Positions 39,841 to 55,900 of a DNA stretch of 64,000 bases are shown piece after piece. The DNA comes from Eledone cirrhosa (taxonomy: Eukaryota). Below the pieces are notes generated by a model. That model saw only the letters and a list, made by a program, of their open reading frames with translations. It ran no database searches and was not told where the DNA came from. The DNA lies in the NCBI GenBank assembly GCA_964016885.1, contig OZ024756.1, positions 8,246,001 to 8,310,000 of the forward strand, in the 5' to 3' direction. Made by a program: the position numbers and the translations under genes. How positions within the stretch are numbered: position 1 is the first letter of the stretch; each line of letters opens with the position of its first letter.

Positions 39841-42800
39841 TAACCTACATGACCAGTTTACAGTGTGGACAGGGTGCTATTTGTTGTCACCTACACGACC
39901 AGTTTACAGTGTGGACTGGGTGCTATTTCTTGTCACCTACATGACCAGTTTACAGTGTGGACTGGGTGCTATTTGTTGTCACCTACATGACCAGTTTAGT
40001 GTGGACTGGGTGCTATTTGTTGTCACCTACATGACCACTTTACAGTGTGGACTGGGTGCTATTTGTTGTCACCTACATGACCAGTTTACAGTATGGACTG
40101 GGAGCTATTTGTTGTCACCTACATGACCAGTTTACAGTGTGGACTGGGTGCTATTTGTTGTCACCTACACGACCAGTTTACAGTGAGGACTGGGTGCTAT
40201 TTGTTGTCACCCACATGACCTGTTTACAGTAAGGACTGGGTGCTATTTGTTGTCACCTACATGACCACTTTACAGTGTGGACTGGGTGCTATTTGTTGTC
40301 ACCTACATGACCAGTTTACAGTGTGGACAGGGTGCTATTTGTTGTCACCTACACGACCAGTTTACAGTGTGGACTGGGTGCTATTTCTTGTCACCTACAT
40401 GACCAGTTTACAGTGTGGACTGGGTGCTATTTGTTGTCACCTACATGACCAGTTTAGTGTGGACTGGGTGCTATTTGTTGTCACCTACATGACCACTTTA
40501 CAGTGTGGACTGGGTGCTATTTGTTGTCACCTACATGACCAGTTTACAGTATGGACTGGGAGCTATTTGTTGTCACCTACATGACCAGTTTACAGTGAGG
40601 ACTGGGTGCTATTTGTTGTCACCTACATGACCACTTTACAGTGTGGACTGGGTGCTACTTGTTGTCACCTACATGACCACTTTACAGTGTGGACTGGGTG
40701 CTATTTGTTGTCACCTACATGACCAGTTTACAGTAAGGACTGGGTGCTATTTGTTGTCACCTACATGACCACTTTACAGTGTGGACTGGGTGCTATTTGT
40801 TGTCACCTACATGACCAGTTTACAGTGTGGACAGGGTGCTATTTGTTGTCACCTACACGACCAGTTTACAGTGTGGACTGGGTGCTATTTCTTGTCACCT
40901 ACATGACCAGTTTACAGTGTGGACTGGGTGCTATTTGTTGTCACCTACATGACCAGTTTAGTGTGGACTGGGTGCTATTTGTTGTCACCTACATGACCAC
41001 TTTACAGTGTGGACTGGGTGCTATTTGTTGTCACCTACATGACCAGTTTACAGTATGGACTGGGAGCTATTTGTTGTCACCTACATGACCAGTTTACAGT
41101 GTGGACTGGGTGCTATTTGTTGTCACCTACACGACCAGTTTACAGTGAGGACTGGGTGCTATTTGTTGTCACCTACATGACCAGATTACAGTGTGGACTG
41201 GGTGCTATTTCTTGTCACCTACATGACCAGTTTACAGTGAGGACTGGGTGCTATTTTTTGTCACCTAAACGACCAGTTTACAGTGAGGACTGGGTGCTAT
41301 TTGTTGTCACCTACACGACCAGTTTACAGTGTGGACTGGGTGCTATTTGTTGTCACCTACATGACCAGTTTACAGTGGTGAGGACTGGTTGCTATTTGTT
41401 GTCACCTACACGACCAGTTTACAGTGAGGACTGGGTGCTATTTGTTGTCACCTACATGACCAGTTTACAGTGTGGACTGGGTGCTATTTGTTGTCACCTA
41501 CACGGCCAGTTTACAGTGTGGACTGGGTGCTATTTGTTGTCACCTACATGACCAGTTTACAGTGTGGACTGGGTGCTATTTGTTGTCACCTACACGACCA
41601 GTTTACATTGTGGACTAGGTGCTATTTGTTGTCACCTACATGACCAGTTTACAGTGAGGACTGGGTGCTATTTGTTGTCACCTACATGACCAGTTTACAG
41701 TGTGGACTGGGTGCTATTTGTTGTCACCTACATGACCAGTTTACAGTGTGGACTGGGTGCTATTTGTTGTCACCTACATGACCAGTTTACAGTGAGGACT
41801 GGGTGCTATTTGTTGTCACCTACATGACCAGTTTACAGTGTGGACTGGGTGCTATTTGTTGTCACCTACATGACCAGTTTACAGTGTGGACTGGGTGCTA
41901 TTTGTTGTCACCTACATGACCAGTTTACAGTGTGGACTGGGTGCTATTTGTTGTCACCTACATGACCAGTCTACAGTGTGGACTGGGTGCTATTTGTTGT
42001 TACCTACATGACCAGTTTACAGTGTGGACTGGGTGCTATTTGTTGTCACCTACATGACCAGTTTACAGTGTGGACTGGGTGCTATTTGTTGTCACCTACA
42101 TGACCAGTTTACAGTGTGGACTGGGTGCTATTTGTTGTCACCTACATGAGCAGTTTACAGTGTGGACTGGGTGCTATTTGTTGTCACCTACATGACCAGT
42201 TTACAGTGTGGACTGGGTGCTATTTATTGTCACCTACATGACCAGTTTACAGTGTGGACTGGGTGCTATTTGTTGTCACCTACATGACCAGTTTACAGTG
42301 TGGAGTGGGTGCTATTTGTTGTCACCTACATGACCAGTTTACAGTGTGGACTGGGTGCTATTTGTTGTCACCTACATGACCAGTTTACAGTGTGGACTGG
42401 GTGCTATTTGTTGTCACCTACATGACCAGTCTACAGTGTGGACTGGGTGCTATTTGTTGTCACCTACATGACCAGTTTACAGTGTGGACTGGGTGCTATT
42501 TGTTGTCACCTACATGACCAGATTACAGTGTGGACTGGGTGCTATTTGTTGTCACCTACATGACCAGTTTACAGTGAGGACTGGGTGCTATTTCTTGTCA
42601 CCTACATGACCAGTTTACAGTGTGGACTGGGTGCTATTTGTTGTCACCTACATGACCAGTTTACACTGAGGACTGGGTGCTATTTGTTGTCACCTACATG
42701 ACCACTTTACAGTGTGGACTGGGTGCTACTTGTTGCCACCTACATGACCACTTTACAGTGTGGACTGGGTGCTATTTGTTGTCACCTACATGACCACTTT

Positions 42801-45800
42801 ACAGTGTGGACTGGGTGCTATTTGTTGTCACCTACACGACCAGTTTACAGTGAGGACTGGGTGCTATTTGTTGTCACCTACATGACCAGTTTACAGTGAG
42901 GACTGGGTGCTATTTGTTGTAACCTACACGACCAGTTTACAGTGTGGACTGGGTGCTATTTGTTGTCACCTACATGACCAGTTTACAGTGAGGACTGGGT
43001 GCTATTTGTTGTCACCTACATGACCAGTTTACAGTGTGGACTGGGTGCTATTTGTTGTCACCTACATGACCAGTTTACAGTGTGGACTGGGTGCTATTTG
43101 TTGTCACCTACATGACCAGTTTACAGTGAGGACTGGGTGCTATTTGTTGTCACCTACATGACCAGTTTACAGTGAGGACTGGGTGCTATTTGTTGTCACC
43201 TACATGACCACTTTACAGTGTGGACTGGGTGCTACTTGTTGTCACCTACATGACCACTTTACAGTGTGGACTGGGTGCTATTTGTTGTCACCTACATGAC
43301 CAGTTTACAGTAAGGACTGGGTGCTATTTGTTGTCACCTACATGACCACTTTACAGTGTGGACTGGGTGCTATTTGTTGTCACCTACACGACCAGTTTAC
43401 AGTGTGGACTGGGTGCTATTTCTTGTCACCTACATGACCAGTTTACAGTGTGGACTGGGTGCTATTTGTTGTCACCTACATGACCAGTTTACAGAGAGGA
43501 CTGGGTGCTATTTGTTGTCACCTACATGAACAGTTTACAGTGAGGACTGGGTGCTATTTGTTGTCACCTACATGAACAGTTTACAGTGAGGACTGGGTGC
43601 TATTTCTTGTCACCTACTTGACCAGTTTACAGTGAGGACTGGGTGCTATTTGTTGTCACCTACATGACCAGTTTACAGTGTGGACTGGGTGCTATTTCTT
43701 GTCACCTACATGACCAGTTTACAGTGAGGACTGGGTGCTATTTGTTGTCACCTACATAACCAGTTTACAGTGTGGACTGGGTGCTATTTCTTGTCACCTA
43801 CATGACCAGTTTACAGTGAGGACTGGGTGCTATTTGTTGTCACCTACATGACCACTTTACAGTGTGGACTGGGTGCTATTTGTTGTCACCTACATGACCA
43901 GTTTACAGTGAGGACTGGGTGCTATTTCTTGTCACCTACATGACCAGTTTACAGTGTGGACTGGGTGCTATTTGTTGTCACCTACATGACCAGTTTTCAA
44001 TGAGGACTGGGTGCTATTTGTTGTCACCTACATGACCTGTTTACAGTGTGGACTGGGTGCTATTTGTTGTCACCTACATGACCAGTTTACAGTGTGGACT
44101 GGGTGCTATTTGTTGTCACCTACATGACCAGTTTACAGTGAGGACTGGGTGCTATTTGTTGTCACCTACATGACCAGTTTACAGTGTGGACTGGGTGCTA
44201 TTTGTTGTCACCTACATGACCAGTTTACACTGAGGACTGGGTGCTATTTGTTGTCACCTACATGACCACTTTACAGTGTGGACTGGGTGCTACTTGTTGC
44301 CACCTACATGACCACTTTACAGTGTGGACTGGGTGCTATTTGTTGTCACCTACATGACCACTTTACAGTGTGGACTGGGTGCTATTTGTTGTCACCTACA
44401 CGACCAGTTTACAGTGAGGACTGGGTGCTATTTGTTGTCACCTACATGACCAGTTTACAGTGAGGACTGGGTGCTATTTGTTGTAACCTACACGACCAGT
44501 TTACAGTGTGGACTGGGTGCTATTTGTTGTCACCTACATGACCAGTTTACAGTGAGGACTGGGTGCTATTTGTTGTCACCTACATGACCAGTTTACAGTG
44601 TGGACTGGGTGCTATTTGTTGTCACCTACATGACCAGTTTACAGTGTGGACTGGGTGCTATTTGTTGTCACCTACATGACCAGTTTACAGTGAGGACTGG
44701 GTGCTATTTGTTGTCACCTACATGACCACTTTACAGTGTGGACTGGGTGCTACCTGTTGTCACCTACATGACCACTTTACAGTGTGGACTGGGTGCTATT
44801 TGTTGTCACCTACATGACCAGTTTACAGTAAGGACTGGGTGCTATTTGTTGTCACCTACATGACCACTTTACAGTGTGGACTGGGTGCTATTTGTTGTCA
44901 CCTACACGACCAGTTTACAGTGAGGACTGGGTGCTATTTGTTGTCACCTACATGACCAGTTTACAGTGAGGACTGGGTGCTATTTGTTGTAACCTACACG
45001 ACCAGTTTACAGTGTGGACTGGGTGCTATTTGTTGTCACCTACATGACCAGTTTACAGTGAGGACTGGGTGCTATTTGTTGTCACCTACATGACCAGTTT
45101 ACAGTGTGGACTGGGTGCTATTTGTTGTCACCTACATGACCAGTTTACAGTGTGGACTGGGTGCTATTTGTTGTCACCTACATGACCAGTTTACAGTGAG
45201 GACTGGGTGCTATTTGTTGTCACCTACATGACCACTTTACAGTGTGGACTGGGTGCTACCTGTTGTCACCTACATGACCACTTTACAGTGTGGACTGGGT
45301 GCTATTTGTTGTCACCTACATGACCAGTTTACAGTAAGGACTGGGTGCTATTTGTTGTCACCTACATGACCACTTTACAGTGTGGACTGGGTGCTATTTG
45401 TTGTCACCTACATGACCAGTTTACAGTGAGGACTGGGTGCTATTTGTTGTCACCTACATGACCACTTTACAGTGTGGACTGGGTGCTACTTGTTGTCACC
45501 TACATGACCACTTTACAGTGTGGACTGGGTGCTATTTGTTGTCTCCTACATGACCAGTTTACAGTGTGGACTGGGTGCTATTTGTTGTCACCTACATGAC
45601 CACTTTACAGTGTGGACTGGGTGCTATTTGTTGTCACCTACATGACCAGTTTACAGTGAGGACTGGGTGCTATTTGTTGTCACCTACATGACCACTTTAC
45701 AGTGTGGACTGGGTGCTACTTGTTGTCACCTACATGACCACTTTACAGTGTGGACTGGGTGCTATTTGTTGTCACCTACATGACCAGTTTACAGTGAGGA

Positions 45801-48800
45801 CTGGGTGTTATTTGTTGTCACCTACACGACCACTTTACAGTGTGGACTGGGTGCTATTTGTTGTCACCTACATGACCAGTTTACAGTGAGGACTGGGTGC
45901 TATTTGTTGTCACCTACACGACCAGTTTACAGTGTAGACTGGGTGCTATTTGTTGTCACCTATATGACCAGTTTACAGTGTGGACTGGGTGCTATTTGTT
46001 GTCACCTACATGACCAGTTTACAGTGAGGACTGGGTGCTATTTGTTGTCACCTACACGACCAGTTTACAGTGTGGACTGGGTGCTATTTGTTGTCACCTA
46101 CATGACCAGTTTACAGTGGTGAGGACTGGTTGCTATTTGTTGTCACCTACACGACCAGTTTACAGTGAGGACTGGGTGCTATTTGTTGTCACCTACATGA
46201 CCAGTTTACAGTGTGGACTGGGTGCTATTTGTTGTCACCTACACGACCAGTTTACAGTGTGGACTGGGTGCTATTTGTTGTCACCTATATGACCAGTTTA
46301 CAGTGTGGACTGGGTGCTATTTGTTGTCACCTACATGACCACTTTACAGTGTGGACTGGGTGCTATTTGTTGTCACCTACACGACCAGTTTACAGTGAGG
46401 ACTGGGTGCTATTTGTTGTCACCAACATGACCAGTTTACAGTGAGGACTGGGTGCTATTTGTTGTAACCTACACGACCAGTTTACAGTGTGGACTGGGTG
46501 CTATTTGTTGTCACCTACATGACCAGTTTACAGTGAGGACTGGGTGCTATTTGTTGTCACCTACATGACCAGTTTACAGTGTGGACTGGGTGCTATTTGT
46601 TGTCACCTACATGACCAGTTTACAGTGTGGACTGGGTGCTATTTGTTGTCACCTACATGACCAGTTTACAGTGAGGACTGGGTGCTATTTGTTGTCACCT
46701 ACATGACCAGTTTACAGTGAGGACTGGGTGCTATTTGTTGTCACCTACATGACCACTTTACAGTGTGGACTGGGTGCTACTTGTTGTCACCTACATGACC
46801 ACTTTACAGTGTGGACTGGGTGCTATTTGTTGTCACCTACATGACCAGTTTACAGTAAGGACTGGGTGCTATTTGTTGTCACCTACATGACCACTTTACA
46901 GTGTGGACTGGGTGCTATTTGTTGTAACCTACATGACCAGTTTACAGTGTGGACAGGGTGCTATTTGTTGTCACCTACACGACCAGTTTACAGTGTGGAC
47001 TGGGTGCTATTTCTTGTCACCTACATGACCAGTTTACAGTGTGGACTGGGTGCTATTTGTTGTCACCTACATGACCAGTTTAGTGTGGACTGGGTGCTAT
47101 TTGTTGTCACCTACATGACCACTTTACAGTGTGGACTGGGTGCTATTTGTTGTCACCTACATGACCAGTTTACAGTATGGACTGGGAGCTATTTGTTGTC
47201 ACCTACATGACCAGTTTACAGTGTGGACTGGGTGCTATTTGTTGTCACCTACACGACCAGTTTACAGTGAGGACTGGGTGCTATTTGTTGTCACCCACAT
47301 GACCTGTTTACAGTAAGGACTGGGTGCTATTTGTTGTCACCTACATGACCACTTTACAGTGTGGACTGGGTGCTATTTGTTGTCACCTACATGACCAGTT
47401 TACAGTGTGGACAGGGTGCTATTTGTTGTCACCTACACGACCAGTTTACAGTGTGGACTGGGTGCTATTTCTTGTCACCTACATGACCAGTTTACAGTGT
47501 GGACTGGGTGCTATTTGTTGTCACCTACATGACCAGTTTAGTGTGGACTGGGTGCTATTTGTTGTCACCTACATGACCACTTTACAGTGTGGACTGGGTG
47601 CTATTTGTTGTCACCTACATGACCAGTTTACAGTATGGACTGGGAGCTATTTGTTGTCACCTACATGACCAGTTTACAGTGAGGACTGGGTGCTATTTGT
47701 TGTCACCTACATGACCACTTTACAGTGTGGACTGGGTGCTACTTGTTGTCACCTACATGACCACTTTACAGTGTGGACTGGGTGCTATTTGTTGTCACCT
47801 ACATGACCAGTTTACAGTAAGGACTGGGTGCTATTTGTTGTCACCTACATGACCACTTTACAGTGTGGACTGGGTGCTATTTGTTGTCACCTACATGACC
47901 AGTTTACAGTGTGGACAGGGTGCTATTTGTTGTCACCTACACGACCAGTTTACAGTGTGGACTGGGTGCTATTTCTTGTCACCTACATGACCAGTTTACA
48001 GTGTGGACTGGGTGCTATTTGTTGTCACCTACATGACCAGTTTAGTGTGGACTGGGTGCTATTTGTTGTCACCTACATGACCACTTTACAGTGTGGACTG
48101 GGTGCTATTTGTTGTCACCTACATGACCAGTTTACAGTATGGACTGGGAGCTATTTGTTGTCACCTACATGACCAGTTTACAGTGTGGACTGGGTGCTAT
48201 TTGTTGTCACCTACACGACCAGTTTACAGTGAGGACTGGGTGCTATTTGTTGTCACCTACATGACCAGATTACAGTGTGGACTGGGTGCTATTTCTTGTC
48301 ACCTACATGACCAGTTTACAGTGAGGACTGGGTGCTATTTTTTGTCACCTAAACGACCAGTTTACAGTGAGGACTGGGTGCTATTTGTTGTCACCTACAC
48401 GACCAGTTTACAGTGTGGACTGGGTGCTATTTGTTGTCACCTACATGCCCAGTTTACAGTGGTGAGGACTGGTTGCTATTTGTTGTCACCTACACGACCA
48501 GTTTACAGTGAGGACTGGGTGCTATTTGTTGTCACCTACATGACCAGTTTACAGTGTGGACTGGGTGCTATTTGTTGTCACCTACACGGCCAGTTTACAG
48601 TGTGGACTGGGTGCTATTTGTTGTCACCTACATGACCAGTTTACAGTGTGGACTGGGTGCTATTTGTTGTCACCTACACGACCAGTTTACATTGTGGACT
48701 AGGTGCTATTTGTTGTCACCTACATGACCAGTTTACAGTGAGGACTGGGTGCTATTTGTTGTCACCTACATGACCAGTTTACAGTGTGGACTGGGTGCTA

Positions 48801-51800
48801 TTTGTTGTCACCTACATGACCAGTTTACAGTGTGGACTGGGTGCTATTTGTTGTCACCTACATGACCAGTTTACAGTGAGGACTGGGTGCTATTTGTTGT
48901 CACCTACATGACCAGTTTACAGTGTGGACTGGGTGCTATTTGTTGTCACCTACATGACCAGTTTACAGTGTGGACTGGGTGCTATTTGTTGTCACCTACA
49001 TGACCAGTTTACAGTGTGGACTGGGTGCTATTTGTTGTCACCTACATGACCAGTCTACAGTGTGGACTGGGTGCTATTTGTTGTTACCTACATGACCAGT
49101 TTACAGTGTGGACTGGGTGCTATTTGTTGTCACCTACATGACCAGTTTACAGTGTGGACTGGGTGCTATTTGTTGTCACCTACATGACCAGTTTACAGTG
49201 TGGACTGGGTGCTATTTGTTGTCACCTACATGAGCAGTTTACAGTGTGGACTGGGTGCTATTTGTTGTCACCTACATGACCAGTTTACAGTGTGGACTGG
49301 GTGCTATTTATTGTCACCTACATGACCAGTTTACAGTGTGGACTGGGTGCTATTTGTTGTCACCTACATGACCAGTTTACAGTGTGGAGTGGGTGCTATT
49401 TGTTGTCACCTACATGACCAGTTTACAGTGTGGACTGGGTGCTATTTGTTGTCACCTACATGACCAGTTTACAGTGTGGACTGGGTGCTATTTGTTGTCA
49501 CCTACATGACCAGTCTACAGTGTGGACTGGGTGCTATTTGTTGTCACCTACATGACCAGTTTACAGTGTGGACTGGGTGCTATTTGTTGTCACCTACATG
49601 ACCAGATTACAGTGTGGACTGGGTGCTATTTGTTGTCACCTACATGACCAGTTTACAGTGAGGACTGGGTGCTATTTCTTGTCACCTACATGACCAGTTT
49701 ACAGTGTGGACTGGGTGCTATTTGTTGTCACCTACATGACCAGTTTACACTGAGGACTGGGTGCTATTTGTTGTCACCTACATGACCACTTTACAGTGTG
49801 GACTGGGTGCTACTTGTTGCCACCTACATGACCACTTTACAGTGTGGACTGGGTGCTATTTGTTGTCACCTACATGACCACTTTACAGTGTGGACTGGGT
49901 GCTATTTGTTGTCACCTACACGACCAGTTTACAGTGAGGACTGGGTGCTATTTGTTGTCACCTACATGACCAGTTTACAGTGTGGACTGGGTGCTATTTG
50001 TTGTCACCTACATGACCAGTTTACAGAGAGGACTGGGTGCTATTTGTTGTCACCTACATGAACAGTTTACAGTGAGGACTGGGTGCTATTTGTTGTCACC
50101 TACATGAACAGTTTACAGTGAGGACTGGGTGCTATTTCTTGTCACCTACTTGACCAGTTTACAGTGAGGACTGGGTGCTATTTGTTGTCACATACATGAC
50201 CAGTTTACAGTGTGGACTGGGTGCTATTTCTTGTCACCTACATGACCAGTTTACAGTGAGGACTGGGTGCTATTTGTTGTCACCTACATAACCAGTTTAC
50301 AGTGTGGACTGGGTGCTATTTCTTGTCACCTACATGACCAGTTTACAGTGAGGACTGGGTGCTATTTGTTGTCACCTACATGACCACTTTACAGTGTGGA
50401 CTGGGTGCTATTTGTTGTCACCTACATGACCAGTTTACAGTGAGGACTGGGTGCTATTTCTTGTCACCTACATGACCAGTTTACAGTGTGGACTGGGTGC
50501 TATTTGTTGTCACCTACATGACCAGTTTTCAATGAGGACTGGGTGCTATTTGTTGTCACATACATGACCAGTTTACAGTGTGGACTGGGTGCTATTTCTT
50601 GTCACCTACATGACCAGTTTACAGTGAGGACTGGGTGCTATTTGTTGTCACCTACATAACCAGTTTACAGTGTGGACTGGGTGCTATTTGTTGTCACCTA
50701 CATGACCAGTTTTCAATGAGGACTGGGTGCTATTTGTTGTCACCTACATGACCTGTTTACAGTGTGGACTGGGTGCTATTTGTTGTCACCTACATGACCA
50801 GTTTACAGTGTGGACTGGGTGCTATTTGTTGTCACCTACATGACCAGTTTACACTGAGGACTGGGTGCTATTTGTTGTCACCTACATGACCACTTTACAG
50901 TGTGGACTGGGTGCTACTTGTTGCCACCTACATGACCACTTTACAGTGTGGACTGGGTGCTATTTGTTGTCACCTACATGACCACTTTACAGTGTGGACT
51001 GGGTGCTATTTGTTGTCACCTACACGACCAGTTTACAGTGAGGACTGGGTGCTATTTGTTGTCACCTACATGACCAGTTTACAGTGAGGACTGGGTGCTA
51101 TTTGTTGTAACCTACACGACCAGTTTACAGTGTGGACTGGGTGCTATTTGTTGTCACCTACATGACCAGTTTACAGTGAGGACTGGGTGCTATTTGTTGT
51201 CACCTACATGACCAGTTTACAGTGTGGACTGGGTGCTATTTGTTGTCACCTACATGACCAGTTTACAGTGTGGACTGGGTGCTATTTGTTGTCACCTACA
51301 TGACCAGTTTACAGTGAGGACTGGGTGCTATTTGTTGTCACCTACATGACCAGTTTACAGTGAGGACTGGGTGCTATTTGTTGTCACCTACATGACCACT
51401 TTACAGTGTGGACTGGGTGCTACCTGTTGTCACCTACATGACCACTTTACAGTGTGGACTGGGTGCTATTTGTTGTCACCTACATGACCAGTTTACAGTA
51501 AGGACTGGGTGCTATTTGTTGTCACCTACATGACCACTTTACAGTGTGGACTGGGTGCTATTTGTTGTCACCTACATGACCAGTTTACAGTGAGGACTGG
51601 GTGCTATTTGTTGTCACCTACATGACCACTTTACAGTGTGGACTGGGTGCTACTTGTTGTCACCTACATGACCACTTTACAGTGTGGACTGGGTGCTATT
51701 TGTTGTCTCCTACATGACCAGTTTACAGTGTGGACTGGGTGCTATTTGTTGTCACCTACATGACCACTTTACAGTGTGGACTGGGTGCTATTTGTTGTCA

Positions 51801-52450
51801 CCTACATGACCAGTTTACAGTGAGGACTGGGTGCTATTTGTTGTCACCTACATGACCACTTTACAGTGTGGACTGGGTGCTACTTGTTGTCACCTACATG
51901 ACCACTTTACAGTGTGGACTGGGTGCTATTTGTTGTCACCTACATGACCAGTTTACAGTGAGGACTGGGTGTTATTTGTTGTCACCTACACGACCACTTT
52001 ACAGTGTGGACTGGGTGCTATTTGTTGTCACCTACATGACCAGTTTACAGTGAGGACTGGGTGCTATTTGTTGTCACCTACACGACCAGTTTACAGTGTG
52101 GACTGGGTGCTATTTGTTGTCACCTATATGACCAGTTTACAGTGTGGACTGGGTGCTATTTGTTGTCACCTACATGACCAGTTTACAGTGAGGACTGGGT
52201 GCTATTTGTTGTCACCTACACGACCAGTTTACAGTGTGGACTGGGTGCTATTTGTTGTCACCTACATGACCAGTTTACAGTGGTGAGGACTGGTTGCTAT
52301 TTGTTGTCACCTACACGACCAGTTTACAGTGAGGACTGGGTGCTATTTGTTGTCACCTACATGACCAGTTTACAGTGTGGACTGGGTGCTATTTGTTGTC
52401 ACCTACACGGCCAGTTTACAGTGTGGACTGGGTGCTATTTGTTGTCACCT
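39215..52450 (+). repeat. Degenerate tandem duplication with a 7,084-bp (154-monomer) offset, later altered by whole-monomer indels
   Basis: +7084 for 39782>46866, 41009>48093, 42714>49798; then +6624 (44278>50902) and +6164 (45704>51868, 46035>52199). All offsets are multiples of 46. Confidence 0.85.
44340..45400 (+). repeat. Local 506-bp (11-monomer) tandem duplication
   Basis: GTAACC at 44483 and 44989; TACCTG at 44751 and 45257; both pairs are 506 bp apart. Confidence 0.85.
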
Positions 52451-52939
52451 ACATGACCAGTTTACAGTGTGGACTGGGTGCTATTTGTTGTCACCTACAC
52501 GACCAGTTTACATTGTGGACTAGGTGCTATTTGTTGTCACCTACATGACCAGTTTACAGTGAGGACTGGGTGCTATTTGTTGTCACCTACATGACCAGTT
52601 TACAGTGTGGACTGGGTGCTATTTGTTGTCACCTACATGACCAGTTTACAGTGTGGACTGGGTGCTATTTGTTGTCACCTACATGACCAGTTTACAGTGA
52701 GGACTGGGTGCTATTTGTTGTCACCTACATGACCAGTTTACAGTGTGGACTGGGTGCTATTTGTTGTCACCTACATGACCAGTTTACAGTGTGGACTGGG
52801 TGCTATTTGTTGTCACCTACATGACCAGTTTACAGTGTGGACTGGGTGCTATTTGTTGTCACCTACATGACCAGTCTACAGTGTGGACTGGGTGCTATTT
52901 GTTGTTACCTACATGACCAGTTTACAGTGTGGACTGGGT

Positions 52940-55900
52940 GCTATTTGTTGTCACCTACATGACCAGTTTACAGTGTGGACTGGGTGCTATTTGTTGTCAC
53001 CTACATGAGCAGTTTACAGTGTGGACTGGGTGCTATTTGTTGTCACCTACATGACCAGTTTACAGTGTGGACTGGGTGCTATTTATTGTCACCTACATGA
53101 CCAGTTTACAGTGTGGACTGGGTGCTATTTGTTGTCACCTACATGACCAGTTTACAGTGTGGAGTGGGTGCTATTTGTTGTCACCTACATGACCAGTTTA
53201 CAGTGTGGACTGGGTGCTATTTGTTGTCACCTACATGACCAGTTTACAGTGTGGACTGGGTGCTATTTGTTGTCACCTACATGACCAGTCTACAGTGTGG
53301 ACTGGGTGCTATTTGTTGTCACCTACATGACCAGTTTACAGTGTGGACTGGGTGCTATTTGTTGTCACCTACATGACCAGATTACAGTGTGGACTGGGTG
53401 CTATTTGTTGTCACCTACATGACCAGTTTACAGTGAGGACTGGGTGCTATTTCTTGTCACCTACATGACCAGTTTACAGTGTGGACTGGGTGCTATTTGT
53501 TGTCACCTACATGACCAGTTTACACTGAGGACTGGGTGCTATTTGTTGTCACCTACATGACCACTTTACAGTGTGGACTGGGTGCTACTTGTTGCCACCT
53601 ACATGACCACTTTACAGTGTGGACTGGGTGCTATTTGTTGTCACCTACATGACCACTTTACAGTGTGGACTGGGTGCTATTTGTTGTCACCTACACGACC
53701 AGTTTACAGTGAGGACTGGGTGCTATTTGTTGTCACCTACATGACCAGTTTACAGTGAGGACTGGGTGCTATTTGTTGTAACCTACACGACCAGTTTACA
53801 GTGTGGACTGGGTGCTATTTGTTGTCACCTACATGACCAGTTTACAGTGAGGACTGGGTGCTATTTGTTGTCACCTACATGACCAGTTTACAGTGTGGAC
53901 TGGGTGCTATTTGTTGTCACCTACATGACCAGTTTACAGTGTGGACTGGGTGCTATTTGTTGTCACCTACATGACCAGTTTACAGTGAGGACTGGGTGCT
54001 ATTTGTTGTCACCTACATGACCAGTTTACAGTGAGGACTGGGTGCTATTTGTTGTCACCTACATGACCACTTTACAGTGTGGACTGGGTGCTACTTGTTG
54101 TCACCTACATGACCACTTTACAGTGTGGACTGGGTGCTATTTGTTGTCACCTACATGACCAGTTTACAGTAAGGACTGGGTGCTATTTGTTGTCACCTAC
54201 ATGACCACTTTACAGTGTGGACTGGGTGCTATTTGTTGTCACCTACACGACCAGTTTACAGTGTGGACTGGGTGCTATTTCTTGTCACCTACATGACCAG
54301 TTTACAGTGTGGACTGGGTGCTATTTGTTGTCACCTACATGACCAGTTTACAGAGAGGACTGGGTGCTATTTGTTGTCACCTACATGAACAGTTTACAGT
54401 GAGGACTGGGTGCTATTTGTTGTCACCTACATGAACAGTTTACAGTGAGGACTGGGTGCTATTTCTTGTCACCTACTTGACCAGTTTACAGTGAGGACTG
54501 GGTGCTATTTGTTGTCACCTACATGACCAGTTTACAGTGTGGACTGGGTGCTATTTCTTGTCACCTACATGACCAGTTTACAGTGAGGACTGGGTGCTAT
54601 TTGTTGTCACCTACATAACCAGTTTACAGTGTGGACTGGGTGCTATTTCTTGTCACCTACATGACCAGTTTACAGTGAGGACTGGGTGCTATTTGTTGTC
54701 ACCTACATGACCAGTTTACAGTGAGGACTGGGTGCTATTTCTTGTCACCTACATGACCAGTTTACAGTGTGGACTGGGTGCTATTTGTTGTCACCTACAT
54801 GACCAGTTTTCAATGAGGACTGGGTGCTATTTGTTGTCACCTACATGACCTGTTTACAGTGTGGACTGGGTGCTATTTGTTGTCACCTACATGACCAGTT
54901 TACAGTGTGGACTGGGTGCTATTTGTTGTCACCTACATGACCAGTTTACAGTGAGGACTGGGTGCTATTTGTTGTCACCTACATGACCAGTTTACAGTGT
55001 GGACTGGGTGCTATTTGTTGTCACCTACATGACCAGTTTACACTGAGGACTGGGTGCTATTTGTTGTCACCTACATGACCACTTTACAGTGTGGACTGGG
55101 TGCTACTTGTTGCCACCTACATGACCACTTTACAGTGTGGACTGGGTGCTATTTGTTGTCACCTACATGACCACTTTACAGTGTGGACTGGGTGCTATTT
55201 GTTGTCACCTACACGACCAGTTTACAGTGAGGACTGGGTGCTATTTGTTGTCACCTACATGACCAGTTTACAGTGAGGACTGGGTGCTATTTGTTGTAAC
55301 CTACACGACCAGTTTACAGTGTGGACTGGGTGCTATTTGTTGTCACCTACATGACCAGTTTACAGTGAGGACTGGGTGCTATTTGTTGTCACCTACATGA
55401 CCAGTTTACAGTGTGGACTGGGTGCTATTTGTTGTCACCTACATGACCAGTTTACAGTGTGGACTGGGTGCTATTTGTTGTCACCTACATGACCAGTTTA
55501 CAGTGAGGACTGGGTGCTATTTGTTGTCACCTACATGACCAGTTTACAGTGAGGACTGGGTGCTATTTGTTGTCACCTACATGACCACTTTACAGTGTGG
55601 ACTGGGTGCTACCTGTTGTCACCTACATGACCACTTTACAGTGTGGACTGGGTGCTATTTGTTGTCACCTACATGACCAGTTTACAGTAAGGACTGGGTG
55701 CTATTTGTTGTCACCTACATGACCACTTTACAGTGTGGACTGGGTGCTATTTGTTGTCACCTACATGACCAGTTTACAGTGTGGACTGGGTGCTATTTGT
55801 TGTCACCTACATGAGCAGTTTACAGTGTGGACTGGGTGCTATTTGTTGTCACCTACATGACCAGTTTACAGTGTGGACTGGGTGCTATTTATTGTCACCT

